Shown: positions 30,593 through 40,862 of the stretch, one piece after another
Layout: each line of letters begins with the position of its first letter
Position numbering within the stretch: position 1 is the stretch's first letter
NCBI GenBank assembly: GCA_965140705.1
Contig: OZ223302.1
Span: 320,001 to 384,000, forward strand
Reading direction: 5' to 3'
DNA length: 64,000 nt
DNA from: an uncultured Arcobacter sp.
GTDB lineage: Bacteria > Campylobacterota > Campylobacteria > Campylobacterales > Arcobacteraceae
The notes under the pieces: model-generated
Told to the model about the DNA's origin: nothing
Database searches by the model: none
The model's input: only the letters and a program-made list of their open reading frames with translations
Made by a program: the position numbers and the translations under genes

Positions 30593-32416
30593 TTATATTT
30601 TTGTTTTTACTGTTATTTTTTTTATATCAAATAACTCTTTTGCTTTATTTACCATAGAAGAGTTTAATAACTCTTCCATTTGAAGCTCCTTTTGTGAAGG
30701 TTTTGGATCAACTGTATCATGCATACTTCCAACACAACCAGCTCCCATTTCCACATCTTCTACCATTGAGCTTATTTCTTCTTGTTCTTCCTCATTTTCG
30801 TAGTCTAAATTAACATCTTCTTCACTTATGTCATTTGTAGTTGTTTCTACTTTTTCTGGAATTACATCATTTTTTTTTTGCTCTTGAATCTCACCTTTTT
30901 TAAATTCTAAATCAATATTTACACCAAAAACATCTTTTGCAAAGGTTTTAATAATACCAAAATATTTATATAAGAATTTTCTATCCTCATCTTGGGCATA
31001 AGATATTATATTTAAAATGTTGTTTTCAAAACTTTCAAAAATAAAGTTTTTTTCAAAACACTCTCCCAAGTCATGATTTCTCTCATAAACTTTTTTGGTA
31101 AGTTCACCATATAACTCAATATTTGGGTCTACTACTTCTTGAGGCTTTTCAACTTCTACTTGCACTTCTTCTTCAATAGCTTGTACATTTTGCTCTTGGG
31201 GAGTTTCTAAAACCTCTTTTTCTACTGGTATTTGTGTTTGAGTATTTGGTAATTCTTCTTTTGCATGTTCTACTACTACTTTTTCATTAATAGCACTTGT
31301 CATTTTATTTGCACTTGACTGAGATACTGACTCTTTTATAGGAGAAGATTGTACCTCATCAATAATTTCATCCAATGTTTTTAAATTTGTAGCTTCACTC
31401 ATTTTTGAAAGTGTTAAAATTAATACAAATGTTGGATCAGAGTTTATTGATAAAAGATGTTTAGCATCACCTAAGATTCTAAAAAATCTATCATACAAAA
31501 AGATATTAAATTTTGGGTCTTTCCCATATAACATCTTATTTTTTAAATAAATTGTCATCTCATCGCAAACAGAACCAGCTTCATACTCTTCAAGTACTTC
31601 TATTATAGGAGTTATATCTCCACAAGATAAAACCACATCAAAAAGTTTATCTAAAAACTCTGGATCAATGAGTCCTAACATATCAACAACAGCATTTGTT
31701 GTCACTTTTCCTTTAGCAAAAATAATTGCTTGGTCCAATAAAGTAAGTGTATCTCTTAAACTTCCTTGTCCACTTCTTGAAACGATTTCTAAAGCTTCTG
31801 TTTCAAACTCTATTTGTTCTTCATTTAAAATATGAGTTAAGTGATTCATTACATCTTTTTGAGATATTTTTTTAAATCTAAAGTGTTGAGTTCTACTTAA
31901 AATTGTTGCAGGTAGTTTTAAAGGATCAGTTGTAGCTAAAATAAATTTTACAAATCCTGGAGGTTCTTCAAGTGTTTTTAAAAGGGCATTAAAGGCTTGA
32001 GTTGTAAGCATATGAACCTCATCGATTATAAATACTTTAAATCTAGCACTACTTGGTTTATATTTTGTATGTTCAATTAAATCTTTAATATCATCAATAC
32101 CCCTATTACTAGCAGCATCCATTTCTATGATATCTAAGTGACGATTAGTATTTGCACTTACACAGTTTTCACATACTTCACAAGGTTTTGAAGTGGGACC
32201 ATTTGAACACAACAGAGCTTTTGCCATAATTCTAGCAGTTGAAGTTTTTCCACTTCCTCTAAGTCCTGAAAACAAATATGCATGTGATAATCTATTTGAG
32301 TCTAATGCTAATGATAGTGTTTGAGAAACTGTTCCTTGTCCAACTAAATCTTCAAATCTTTTTGGTCTATATTTTAAGGCTAAAACTCTTTTTTGTGAAT
32401 TTTGGTTCTCACTCAT
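30593..32416 (-). CDS. dnaX: DNA polymerase III subunit gamma/tau
   Basis: KYRP..F, G.RGSGKTS, DEVHML, NALLKTLEEPP, TILSR. Confidence 0.96.
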   Translation of the reverse strand: MSENQNSQKRVLALKYRPKRFEDLVGQGTVSQTLSLALDSNRLSHAYLFSGLRGSGKTSTARIMAKALLCSNGPTSKPCEVCENCVSANTNRHLDIIEMDAASNRGIDDIKDLIEHTKYKPSSARFKVFIIDEVHMLTTQAFNALLKTLEEPPGFVKFILATTDPLKLPATILSRTQHFRFKKISQKDVMNHLTHILNEEQIEFETEALEIVSRSGQGSLRDTLTLLDQAIIFAKGKVTTNAVVDMLGLIDPEFLDKLFDVVLSCGDITPIIEVLEEYEAGSVCDEMTIYLKNKMLYGKDPKFNIFLYDRFFRILGDAKHLLSINSDPTFVLILTLSKMSEATNLKTLDEIIDEVQSSPIKESVSQSSANKMTSAINEKVVVEHAKEELPNTQTQIPVEKEVLETPQEQNVQAIEEEVQVEVEKPQEVVDPNIELYGELTKKVYERNHDLGECFEKNFIFESFENNILNIISYAQDEDRKFLYKYFGIIKTFAKDVFGVNIDLEFKKGEIQEQKKNDVIPEKVETTTNDISEEDVNLDYENEEEQEEISSMVEDVEMGAGCVGSMHDTVDPKPSQKELQMEELLNSSMVNKAKELFDIKKITVKTKI

Positions 32417-33209
32417 TTATATTCCTTACCACTATTTTCCCACCATTATTCCATGAATTTAATATCTTACTTATCATTGTCTCATTTATATCTGAAGTGA
32501 AGTATACATTTACTTTCAACATACCATCATTAAAATGTCCACATTTTTTAGATAAATCTTTTAATCTATTTGCAATAGCATAACCTGTCTCGATTAGATT
32601 TGTATTTTCACCCATTATTTTTTTTATTACACTTTCAACTAAAGGATAATGGGTACATCCTAAAACAATAGTATCAATACCTTCTTCTTTCATAGGTTTT
32701 AACCAATTTTGTAACATCTCAAAAGTCTTTTCACCTTCAATATCACCATTTTCAATTTGTTGAACTAGCCCTGGACAAGCTTGTTCATATAAAGTAATAT
32801 TTGAACTTGTATTTGATAATTTATCTACAAGTAATTGATACTTTTCACCCTTTAAAGTTGCAGGTGTTGCTAAGATTCCTATTTTTCCATTTTTGCTCAA
32901 AGAGATTGCTGGTTTTATACCAGGTTCTGTTCCCACAACAATTAGATTAGGAAACTCTTCTCTTAACTCTTTTATTGCAGCTGAAGTTGCTGTATTGCAA
33001 GCAACAACTAAAGCATCAATATTATGTGTTTTAACTAAATAATTTGCAATATCAAAACTATGTTTTAATATCTGCTCTTTTGACTTTTCCCCATATGGTG
33101 CAAACTTTGTATCTGCAATATAAAAAATCTCAGCACCCTTTAGTACTTCTGTTATGGCTTTAACAACTGTTAAACCACCAATTCCAGAATCAAATACGCC
33201 TACTTTCAA
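32409..33209 (-). CDS. murI: Glutamate racemase
   Basis: FDSGIGGLTV, PYG.K, ACNTA, LGCTHY. Confidence 0.96.
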   Translation of the reverse strand: MKVGVFDSGIGGLTVVKAITEVLKGAEIFYIADTKFAPYGEKSKEQILKHSFDIANYLVKTHNIDALVVACNTATSAAIKELREEFPNLIVVGTEPGIKPAISLSKNGKIGILATPATLKGEKYQLLVDKLSNTSSNITLYEQACPGLVQQIENGDIEGEKTFEMLQNWLKPMKEEGIDTIVLGCTHYPLVESVIKKIMGENTNLIETGYAIANRLKDLSKKCGHFNDGMLKVNVYFTSDINETMISKILNSWNNGGKIVVRNINE

Positions 33210-33324
33210 GTTATACCTTTTTTATAATAAGGGAATATTCTAGCATAAGTTTTTATATAAAATCATTAGTGAAAAGAGTATGTATTAGTTAAATTTGGAG
33301 AGGAAGGTTATTATAAAAAAGGAA

Positions 33325-33344
33325 AAGGCTTGAAAACAAGCCTT
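33325..33344 (-). terminator. Intrinsic terminator after metQ
   Basis: aaggcttg-aaaa-caagcctt with a T-rich tail on the minus strand. Confidence 0.7.
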
Positions 33345-33356
33345 CTACTTAATATA

Positions 33357-34163
33357 TTAAAATGCAGGTATTATAGAACCTTTATATTTTTCTGTAATGA
33401 ATTTTTTTACTTCTTTTGAATTTAAAACTTCATCTAAAGCTTTAATATAAGGTTTGTTTTCATTACCCTCTTTTACAACAACAATATTTGCATATGGTGA
33501 ATTAATTGATTCTAATGCTATTGCATCTTGAATTGGATTTAATCCAGCTGGTAAAGCATAGTTTGTGTTGATAATCGCTGCATCTACTTCATCAAGTACT
33601 CTTGGTAACTGAGGAGCATCTATCTCTTCTATTTTAAGATTTTTTGGATTTGTTTTTATATCAACTGCTGTTTTTAAATCAACATCATTAAATGTTAATA
33701 AACCTTGTTCTACTAACATATCTAAAGCTCTGCTTTCATTTGTAGGATCATTTGGAACTGCAATTGTTGCACCAGCTTTTAGCTCATCTAAAGATTTGAT
33801 TTTTTTAGAATAAATTCCCATTGGCTCTAAATGTACATTTACTGTTTTTACAAGGTGAGTATTTTTATTTTTATTAAACTCTTTTAAGTATGGTAAGTGT
33901 TGGAAAAAGTTTGCATCTAATTCACCTTCGTCAACTGCTATATTAGGAGTTACATAATCAGTAAATTCAACAATTTTTAAATCATAACCTTTTGCTTTTA
34001 ATAATGGTTTTATAAACTCTAAAATCTCAGCATGGGGTACAGGAGTAGCTCCCACTTTTATAACTGTTTTTTTCTCTACTTTTTCTTCTTTAGAATCTGT
34101 ACAAGCTACAAATCCAAATACAATGGCACCTAAAAGTGCAAATTTTAAAATATTTTTAATCAT
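33357..34163 (-). CDS. metQ: Methionine ABC transporter lipoprotein
   Basis: Lipobox FVAC, PVPHAEIL, DANFFQH.PY, PNDPTN..RAL. Confidence 0.92.
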   Translation of the reverse strand: MIKNILKFALLGAIVFGFVACTDSKEEKVEKKTVIKVGATPVPHAEILEFIKPLLKAKGYDLKIVEFTDYVTPNIAVDEGELDANFFQHLPYLKEFNKNKNTHLVKTVNVHLEPMGIYSKKIKSLDELKAGATIAVPNDPTNESRALDMLVEQGLLTFNDVDLKTAVDIKTNPKNLKIEEIDAPQLPRVLDEVDAAIINTNYALPAGLNPIQDAIALESINSPYANIVVVKEGNENKPYIKALDEVLNSKEVKKFITEKYKGSIIPAF

Positions 34164-34183
34164 TTTTATCCCTTATTTTTAAT

Positions 34184-34822
34184 TTATTTTTTTGTAATTT
34201 TATATAAATAATCGCCCAAACTTTGAATTCCTTGAACCAAGGCAATAAGTATAATAACTGTATAAATCATAGTATCAGTTTGGAATCTATAATAACCATA
34301 CTTTATGGCAACATCACCTAATCCTCCTCCGCCAACAGCACCAGCCATAGCAGAAAATCCAACTACAGTAATAAGAGTCAAAGTTATAGCTGAGATTATT
34401 GAAGGTAAAGCCTCTACACACATCACTTTAAATATTATTTGCCAATCACTTGCTCCAAATGATTTTGCAGCTTCTACAACACCATTATCAACCTCTTTTA
34501 AAGCACTCTCAATAAGTCTTGCAATAAAAGGAGCAGCACCTATTGTCAAAGGAATAATTGCAGCTGTAGTACCAATACTTTTCCCTATCAAAAATTTTGT
34601 CAAAGGAAAAAGTACAATCATCAAAATAATAAAAGGGAAAGATCGTAAAGTATTTATAACAATATCTAAGATTGAATATATTTTTTGATTTTCTCTTAAT
34701 CCACCATTTGAAGTTAATATCAAAATAATTGCTAAAATAAAACCAATAACAACTGCAAAAAAAGTAGATACTAAAGACATATAAATAGTTTCACCTAAAG
34801 CTGGTAATAAAATCTCAGTCAT
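34184..34822 (-). CDS. metI: Methionine ABC transporter permease
   Basis: RSFPFIIL, SAMAGAVGGGGLG; TAATG overlap with metN. Confidence 0.92.
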   Translation of the reverse strand: MTEILLPALGETIYMSLVSTFFAVVIGFILAIILILTSNGGLRENQKIYSILDIVINTLRSFPFIILMIVLFPLTKFLIGKSIGTTAAIIPLTIGAAPFIARLIESALKEVDNGVVEAAKSFGASDWQIIFKVMCVEALPSIISAITLTLITVVGFSAMAGAVGGGGLGDVAIKYGYYRFQTDTMIYTVIILIALVQGIQSLGDYLYKITKK

Positions 34823-35778
34823 TATAATACCTCCCAAACAATATCATGCTCTTTTAGATAATCGATTACTGGATTTTTTTGTTCATCTTTTATATTTATA
34901 ACCATATTACCTACAATATGTGTATTTATCTCTTCAAGTTTTCCCCAAACAATATCAAAATCCATATCAAGCTCTCTTGCCATTTTTGTGATAAAGGATT
35001 GGAAAACATTATCTTTGGGAAAATATATTTTTATATTTACTCCTTCATTAGGTACAACTTCTGTCTCACCTAAGAAGTGTTTCATTTGCTCATCTGGTTT
35101 TAAAAATAACTCTTCTGTATCATCAAAGCCAATAATATTTCCATGTTCTAATAATAAAGCTCTTTGAGCTATTTGTTTTACAACTTCCATCTCATGTGTT
35201 ACAAGCACTATTGTGATATTTAGTTTATTGTTAATCTCTTTTAATAAATTCAAAATCGATGTAGTAGTATTTGGGTCAAGAGCTGATGTTGCTTCATCTG
35301 ATAATAAAACATCAGGGTCTAAAGTCAAAGCTCTTGCAATAGCAACTCTTTGCTTTTGCCCTCCACTTAACTCATTTGGATAAGAATCAAGCTTTTCAGC
35401 TAAACCTACAAGAGCCAATAAATCTTTTACTTTTTTTGTAATTTCAGCTTTTGTATAACCCCAAAGTTGCATCGGTAAAGCAACATTTTCAAATACAGTT
35501 TTTCTCTGAATTAGTGAGAAGTGTTGAAAAATCATCCCGATATTTTTTCTAAAAGCTCTTAACTCTTCTTTCCCTAACTCTTTTATCTCTTTTCTATTTA
35601 CTTGTAAGGAACCATCACTATAATCTTCAAGTCCATTTATACATCTCATCAAAGTAGATTTCCCAGCACCACTGTGTCCAACGATGGCAAAAATCTCCCC
35701 TTTTTTTATATCAATAGAAATATTTTTTAAAACTTGTGTATCACCATAGTATTTATTCAAGTTTTTTATATTTATCAT
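34822..35778 (-). CDS. metN: Methionine ABC transporter ATPase
   Basis: [27 protein letters not shown]-terminal NIL-like domain. Confidence 0.92.
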   Translation of the reverse strand: MINIKNLNKYYGDTQVLKNISIDIKKGEIFAIVGHSGAGKSTLMRCINGLEDYSDGSLQVNRKEIKELGKEELRAFRKNIGMIFQHFSLIQRKTVFENVALPMQLWGYTKAEITKKVKDLLALVGLAEKLDSYPNELSGGQKQRVAIARALTLDPDVLLSDEATSALDPNTTTSILNLLKEINNKLNITIVLVTHEMEVVKQIAQRALLLEHGNIIGFDDTEELFLKPDEQMKHFLGETEVVPNEGVNIKIYFPKDNVFQSFITKMARELDMDFDIVWGKLEEINTHIVGNMVINIKDEQKNPVIDYLKEHDIVWEVL

Positions 35779-35901
35779 TTCTTTTCCTTATTGAGGTGCG
35801 AATATTATAGAAAATTTCATAAAATACATGTTAAATTAAAAGTATAGTTTATTTAAAAGTTATTTTATAATAGTATATAACAAATAATATAAAGGCTATT
35901 T

Positions 35902-36558
35902 TTGTTTTTTCACTTTCATCCATACAAACCATTTCTAAATCAAGATACAGAAAAAATCATAGTAGGAACTCTACCACCTCCAAGATTTTGTACTAAAGAG
36001 TTCAAAGAAAGAGATGTAGACTTCTGTTATGGCTCAAAAGATAATCTACTTTGGCAAGCTATAAATAAAATCTATAATCTAAACCTAGCCTTTGAAAATA
36101 CAAAAGAAGAGATAAACAAAAGAAAAGAGTTTTTACTAAAGCAAAAAATAGGTATCTGTGATATTGTAGAGTCATGCAATAGAGAAAAAATAGATGCAAG
36201 TGATATTGGTATGAGTGAAATAATTCTAAGGGATATCTTAGGATATATAAAAGAGTATAAAAACATCAAAACCATAATCTTCACAGGAGGATTATGTAAA
36301 AACTCCCCAGAATATTTTCTTAGACAAATCCTAAAAAAACAGAACATAAGCCTAAAAATAGTCTTAGATAAGATACCAAAAAAACATCAATTTGAATATG
36401 ATAATAGAGTCATCCAAACCATAAGCCTAACTTCCCCATCAAATGCAGCAAATAGAAGTATAGGGGCAAATGCATATTATAAAAAGATGAAAAAAGAAAA
36501 TCCAAACTACACAACCTTTGATTTTAGACTTGAGCAGTATAAAAAAGTTTTTAAATAA
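35902..36558 (+). CDS. Uracil-DNA glycosylase superfamily protein (MUG/HDG-like)
   Basis: HPY.P, VGTLPP, F.YGS.DN.LW, L.SPS. Confidence 0.8.
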   Translation: MFFHFHPYKPFLNQDTEKIIVGTLPPPRFCTKEFKERDVDFCYGSKDNLLWQAINKIYNLNLAFENTKEEINKRKEFLLKQKIGICDIVESCNREKIDASDIGMSEIILRDILGYIKEYKNIKTIIFTGGLCKNSPEYFLRQILKKQNISLKIVLDKIPKKHQFEYDNRVIQTISLTSPSNAANRSIGANAYYKKMKKENPNYTTFDFRLEQYKKVFK

Positions 36559-37137
36559 CTATTGCAATATCCCTTTTCGAATACTTGCATAGTTTTTCAA
36601 CGCCAATCCAACATGCCATCTAAATACCTTATCAAAGATTCTCCTAGGAACATTTGCTATTCTCAACACCTCTTCCATATCATAATCACCAAGATTTTCT
36701 TCAAGCAACTCAATTATTCGCATAACACCAAACTGAGATTTACTAGGCTTAAATCGATTTTGAAAATAAATATCCAACTCTGATTCAAAATTATCCAAAG
36801 TATTCAAAATATTTTTTTGCAAATAAACAGGCTCTTTAGCATGGTGCATAAGTTCATCCATAAACTCCTCATAAAAAAAAGAAGCCCCCGCACCCTTAAA
36901 TCTTATGACGGCTAAATTAATATTCTCAACAGATTTTATAATCACAGATTCTTCATAAGCATTGATTAACATAGCTTGAAAACTATCTAAAATAAAAGCT
37001 TCTTCATGAATAAGAACTTCACAACTAACATTTTGATTAATCAAAACAATCATCCCGCCATTTGGTTTTAATTCATAGGTATTTGTATTTTGTATTAAAT
37101 CGTATGATTCTATATATTTTTGTAATTTTTTGTGCAT
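36559..37137 (-). CDS. AraC-like protein with a single HTH (possibly truncated)
   Basis: N-terminal P.G...IRF..GA..F ligand-domain pattern; ends shortly after the first HTH (RRIFDKVF...VG...K.Y..IR). Confidence 0.6.
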   Translation of the reverse strand: MHKKLQKYIESYDLIQNTNTYELKPNGGMIVLINQNVSCEVLIHEEAFILDSFQAMLINAYEESVIIKSVENINLAVIRFKGAGASFFYEEFMDELMHHAKEPVYLQKNILNTLDNFESELDIYFQNRFKPSKSQFGVMRIIELLEENLGDYDMEEVLRIANVPRRIFDKVFRWHVGLALKNYASIRKGILQ

Positions 37138-37180
37138 GGGAGTATTATAGCAAATTATTTATTTTCAAAATAGTTTTTTC

Positions 37181-37436
37181 TCTCTCTTGAAGACCTAAAG
37201 GTCTCCGCTTCTTCACTTTTTGGTGGCAAAAAGTAAAACAAAAAGCCACCAACGGCTGCGAAGCCAGAGGTTCCCTCACTTATTATTTTTCTCTTTTCTG
37301 CTTGGTAAAACTCGTTTATTAAAACTTCCATTTAGGAACTTTTAAACACTCAGACAGTTAGCAAGCTTATTTAGAAAAGAAAAAAAATAAACGCTCGGCT
37401 TCTGTAGATGTTGGGATTTAAGAATAAGGACATTTG
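37181..37436 (+). repeat. Structured intergenic element, copy C
   Basis: Homologous to copy A throughout and to the start of copy B; compensatory substitutions in several stems. Confidence 0.85.
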
Positions 37437-37466
37437 ATTTCTTACTGTTTCAAATGCCTTTTATAT

Positions 37467-40400
37467 TTATCCAACCGCCATTTTTGCAATATTTTTCCAA
37501 AGGAAAGGAGGTATTTCTTCTTCTAATTCCCAATTTATGCTCATTGGTTGACTACCATAATGTGATTTATAAAAGACTTTTCCTAAACAAATATAAGTCA
37601 TTGTATTCTTGTTTTTATCATGATTAGATTCTCTTACAAATAAGACTATGTTTTTGCCTTCTTTTTCATGATTTATATATGATTTTCCTTTAGGAGAATC
37701 AGGTTTTGTTGAGTTTTGGGATTGCCAATGAAAAAGCTTTTCACTAATTGCATAATCATCATACATAGTTGTAGGAGAGTATTTATCTTCTGTTTTTTCT
37801 AATGTAACAAATAATAGTTCTGTATTCTTTTCTTTTATATTTAAAACACCTTCTCTACTGCTATATTGCTTAGTAAGTGTATTTAATCCAAATGCAGATA
37901 ATATTTGTTCTCTTGTATATTTCGAATGGAGTTTAATAGGAACATTATATGGAAGTACTATATCTTTCTCTATATAATTTATTTTATCAATTAAAATTCC
38001 AATAATCTCTTTCATTTCTTTTATTAGTACTTCATTGAGTGATATTTCTTTTATTGATTCTTCTAGATTATTGAATAACTTTGGTTTCTGCCAAAAATCA
38101 TAATAAAACATCATTAACATCAATTTTTCATTTTCCGATTTTAAAATTGATAAATCAAAATTATTCTCTATCAATTTTTTTATAAACTCAAAATAACTTA
38201 AAGAATTTGATAATAACCATTTTTTCAAAATTGTTCGTACAAACTCAATTTCATTTTTTCCATCATAATTTTTAATTACTCCTGCTTCAAAGCATAAAGA
38301 AGAAAAACTCCCTCTTTTGTATATTGCCTCTGCTTCTATTTGATTGATTTGTAAAAAGTTACTAATATTCAAAGGTAAATGAGTATCGTTTTTGTAGTTT
38401 ATAATTTTATTAATCAACTTATTTTTACTTAAAGTAGTGGCTTTCTTAATATTGTTTAATATATGTTCTTTAGCTTTCTTTTCTAATATTATTGAACAAC
38501 CTAATGGTAAATGTGGAAATTCATTTTCTATCTCTTCTTTAACAGAATTATTTGTTTTACCAATTATACTTCTAAATTTACCTTCAAAATCATATTCATC
38601 TCTTGCATTACCAACAAAATCTAAAACTGTTAAGCACTCTTTGTTATCTGAAAATCTTAATCCCCGTCCCAATTGTTGTAAGAAAACAGTTAAACTCTCC
38701 GTTGGTCTTAAAAATAAAATTGTATCAATTTGAGGAATATCAACTCCTTCATTAAAAATATCTACAACAAACAAATAGTTAATCTCTTTAGATAATAGAC
38801 TTCTTTTTATATTATCTCTTATTTCTTTAGAAGTATCACCACTAACTAAATAATTAGATTTTAATCCCACTTCATTAAATTTTTTACTCATAAACTTTGC
38901 ATGTTCTTTTGATACACAAAAACCAATAGATATGACATCATGAACATTTGTTAAATATTCTTCACATTTTGAAATAATCTCCCCAACTCTATTTTCTTTA
39001 TTATAAGCTTCTGTTAATTCAGTTGGTGAATACTTCCCATTTTGCCATTTAATATTTTTTAAATCTATACTATCACTTATCCCAAAATATTGAAAAGGGC
39101 AAAGCAGTTTCCTATTTAATGCTTCAGGCAATCTAATTTCAGCTGAAATTACATCACAAAAATCAGACAATATATTTTCATTATCCATTCTTTCAGGAGT
39201 TGCTGTTAATCCCAATAAAATATTTGGATTAAACTTTTTTAATATAGGTCTATAACTATTTGCAGCGATGTGATGAACTTCATCAATAATGATAAAATCA
39301 TAATACTCTTTTGATAAATTTAAATTATCAATATTATTTTGTAAAGTTTGAACAGAAACAAAAAGATGTTCATTTGATATTGCAGTTTCTCCATCAACCC
39401 AAAGCTCACCAAAATTGTTATCTCTTAAAACTCCTCGAAAAGTTGCTAATGCCTGTTTTAATATCTCTTTTCTATGAGCTACAAAAAGTAATTTTGCTTT
39501 AGAATTTAAATTTTTAAATCTTTTATAATCAAATGCACTTATAACAGTTTTCCCTGTTCCTGTAGCTGCTACAATTAAATTTTTAAATCTATTATGTATC
39601 TTTCGTTGAGCTTCCAGTTGCTCTAAAATTTCCTCTTGATAATGAAAAGGTTTTAACTCAAAATAAGTATTAGCAATATTTTTGTCTTTTATTCCACTAC
39701 TGTTAAGCGCTTGATGTAATTTAGTTATATCTGCCTTTGTAAATGTTTCAAACTCTTTATCTTCCCAGTATGTGTCAAAAGTTTTTTTAAATTTATCTAT
39801 AACATGAGAAATTTCAGAAGTCGTTACTTTTAAATTCCATTCCAATCCACTTGTTAATGCACTTTTTGAGATATTAGAAGAACCAATATATCCAGTATGA
39901 AATCCTGTGTCTCTAAAAAAGAGATATGATTTAGCATGTAACCTTTCATTTGCCGTATTATATGAAACCTTAACTTCTGTATTTGGTAAACTGGATAAAA
40001 ATTCAACTGCTTTTAAATCTGTTGCACCCATATATGAAGTTGTGATTATTTTTAATTTTTTACCTTGTGACGTAAATTCTCGTAACTCTTTTTCAAAGAT
40101 TCTTATTCCAGCCCATTTAATAAATGAGACTAAAAAATAGATTTCATCGGAAGATAATATTTCCTTTCTTAATTCACTTTCTAAAGAAACACCTGTATTA
40201 CTTCCCGTGAACAGTTCACTTTGAGTTAATCCTGTATAAGGAGTTATTTCTTTTAAATGTTTTTCAAAATCAACTATACTACTATCAATTTTAGGAAGTA
40301 TTGCAGTTAATAAAGAAGTATTAATATCCAATAAATTTTCTGTAAAATCTTGTTTCTCAATTTCATTCTTAAGTAAATGTATTATTTTATTTACCAGTTG

Positions 40401-40601
40401 AATTTGATTTTCTATTGAATCTTCACCACTAATTGAATTTAGAGAAAAATGTATAATTTTAGATAAGTACTGAGTTAAAATAAGTGAAGCTTCGTTTTTC
40501 TCAATCTTTGAGGTTTTAATATAAAATTCTTCTTCTTTTATACTATTAAGTTTTTTTGAGATTAAATTATTTATTAATTGTTCATATACACCTGTCATCA
40601 T
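37467..40601 (-). CDS. PLD nuclease-SF2 helicase-DUF3427 protein (SauUSI-like type IV restriction endonuclease)
   Basis: LHAKSY...GSSN PLD motif; ATGTGKT, DEVHH, TATPER, QQLGRGLR helicase motifs; C-terminal LFVTL.K...Y.DYA..FHWQSQ. Confidence 0.85.
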   Translation of the reverse strand: MMTGVYEQLINNLISKKLNSIKEEEFYIKTSKIEKNEASLILTQYLSKIIHFSLNSISGEDSIENQIQLVNKIIHLLKNEIEKQDFTENLLDINTSLLTAILPKIDSSIVDFEKHLKEITPYTGLTQSELFTGSNTGVSLESELRKEILSSDEIYFLVSFIKWAGIRIFEKELREFTSQGKKLKIITTSYMGATDLKAVEFLSSLPNTEVKVSYNTANERLHAKSYLFFRDTGFHTGYIGSSNISKSALTSGLEWNLKVTTSEISHVIDKFKKTFDTYWEDKEFETFTKADITKLHQALNSSGIKDKNIANTYFELKPFHYQEEILEQLEAQRKIHNRFKNLIVAATGTGKTVISAFDYKRFKNLNSKAKLLFVAHRKEILKQALATFRGVLRDNNFGELWVDGETAISNEHLFVSVQTLQNNIDNLNLSKEYYDFIIIDEVHHIAANSYRPILKKFNPNILLGLTATPERMDNENILSDFCDVISAEIRLPEALNRKLLCPFQYFGISDSIDLKNIKWQNGKYSPTELTEAYNKENRVGEIISKCEEYLTNVHDVISIGFCVSKEHAKFMSKKFNEVGLKSNYLVSGDTSKEIRDNIKRSLLSKEINYLFVVDIFNEGVDIPQIDTILFLRPTESLTVFLQQLGRGLRFSDNKECLTVLDFVGNARDEYDFEGKFRSIIGKTNNSVKEEIENEFPHLPLGCSIILEKKAKEHILNNIKKATTLSKNKLINKIINYKNDTHLPLNISNFLQINQIEAEAIYKRGSFSSLCFEAGVIKNYDGKNEIEFVRTILKKWLLSNSLSYFEFIKKLIENNFDLSILKSENEKLMLMMFYYDFWQKPKLFNNLEESIKEISLNEVLIKEMKEIIGILIDKINYIEKDIVLPYNVPIKLHSKYTREQILSAFGLNTLTKQYSSREGVLNIKEKNTELLFVTLEKTEDKYSPTTMYDDYAISEKLFHWQSQNSTKPDSPKGKSYINHEKEGKNIVLFVRESNHDKNKNTMTYICLGKVFYKSHYGSQPMSINWELEEEIPPFLWKNIAKMAVG

Positions 40602-40609
40602 ATGATTAC

Positions 40610-40786
40610 TTATACATTTTCAAGAAGAAATTCTTCTAATTCTTCTTTAGTATATTCTTTTGACCCATCAAGTTCAAATATTCCACCATCATGTGCTTTA
40701 TATTCTGTATATTCTAATTTTCCATGTGAATTAATAAATCCAACAATAAACTTATCATCTTTTTCAACATATATATTTTCACACAT
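40610..40786 (-). CDS. Small acidic hypothetical protein (58 aa), absent from the ORF track
   Basis: Manually translated MCENIYVEKDDKFIVGFINSHGKLEYTEYKAHDGGIFELDGSKEYTKEELEEFLLENV*. AGAAGG RBS; stop lies 8 nt before the helicase ATG. Confidence 0.65.
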   Translation of the reverse strand: MCENIYVEKDDKFIVGFINSHGKLEYTEYKAHDGGIFELDGSKEYTKEELEEFLLENV

Positions 40787-40862
40787 AATACAACCTTCTT
40801 TAAATAATAAATAATTATATCAATTACAAACTTTTATTATTAATAATAAAATATTCTTAAGA

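Noticed and set aside
35779..35901. SAM or other riboswitch upstream of metNIQ
   Set aside because: Only ~120 nt of AT-rich sequence shared with a divergent gene; no conserved riboswitch core
40578..40814. 78-aa plus-strand ORF
   Set aside because: Ser-rich antisense shadow of the 58-aa minus-strand ORF, which has an RBS and operon context
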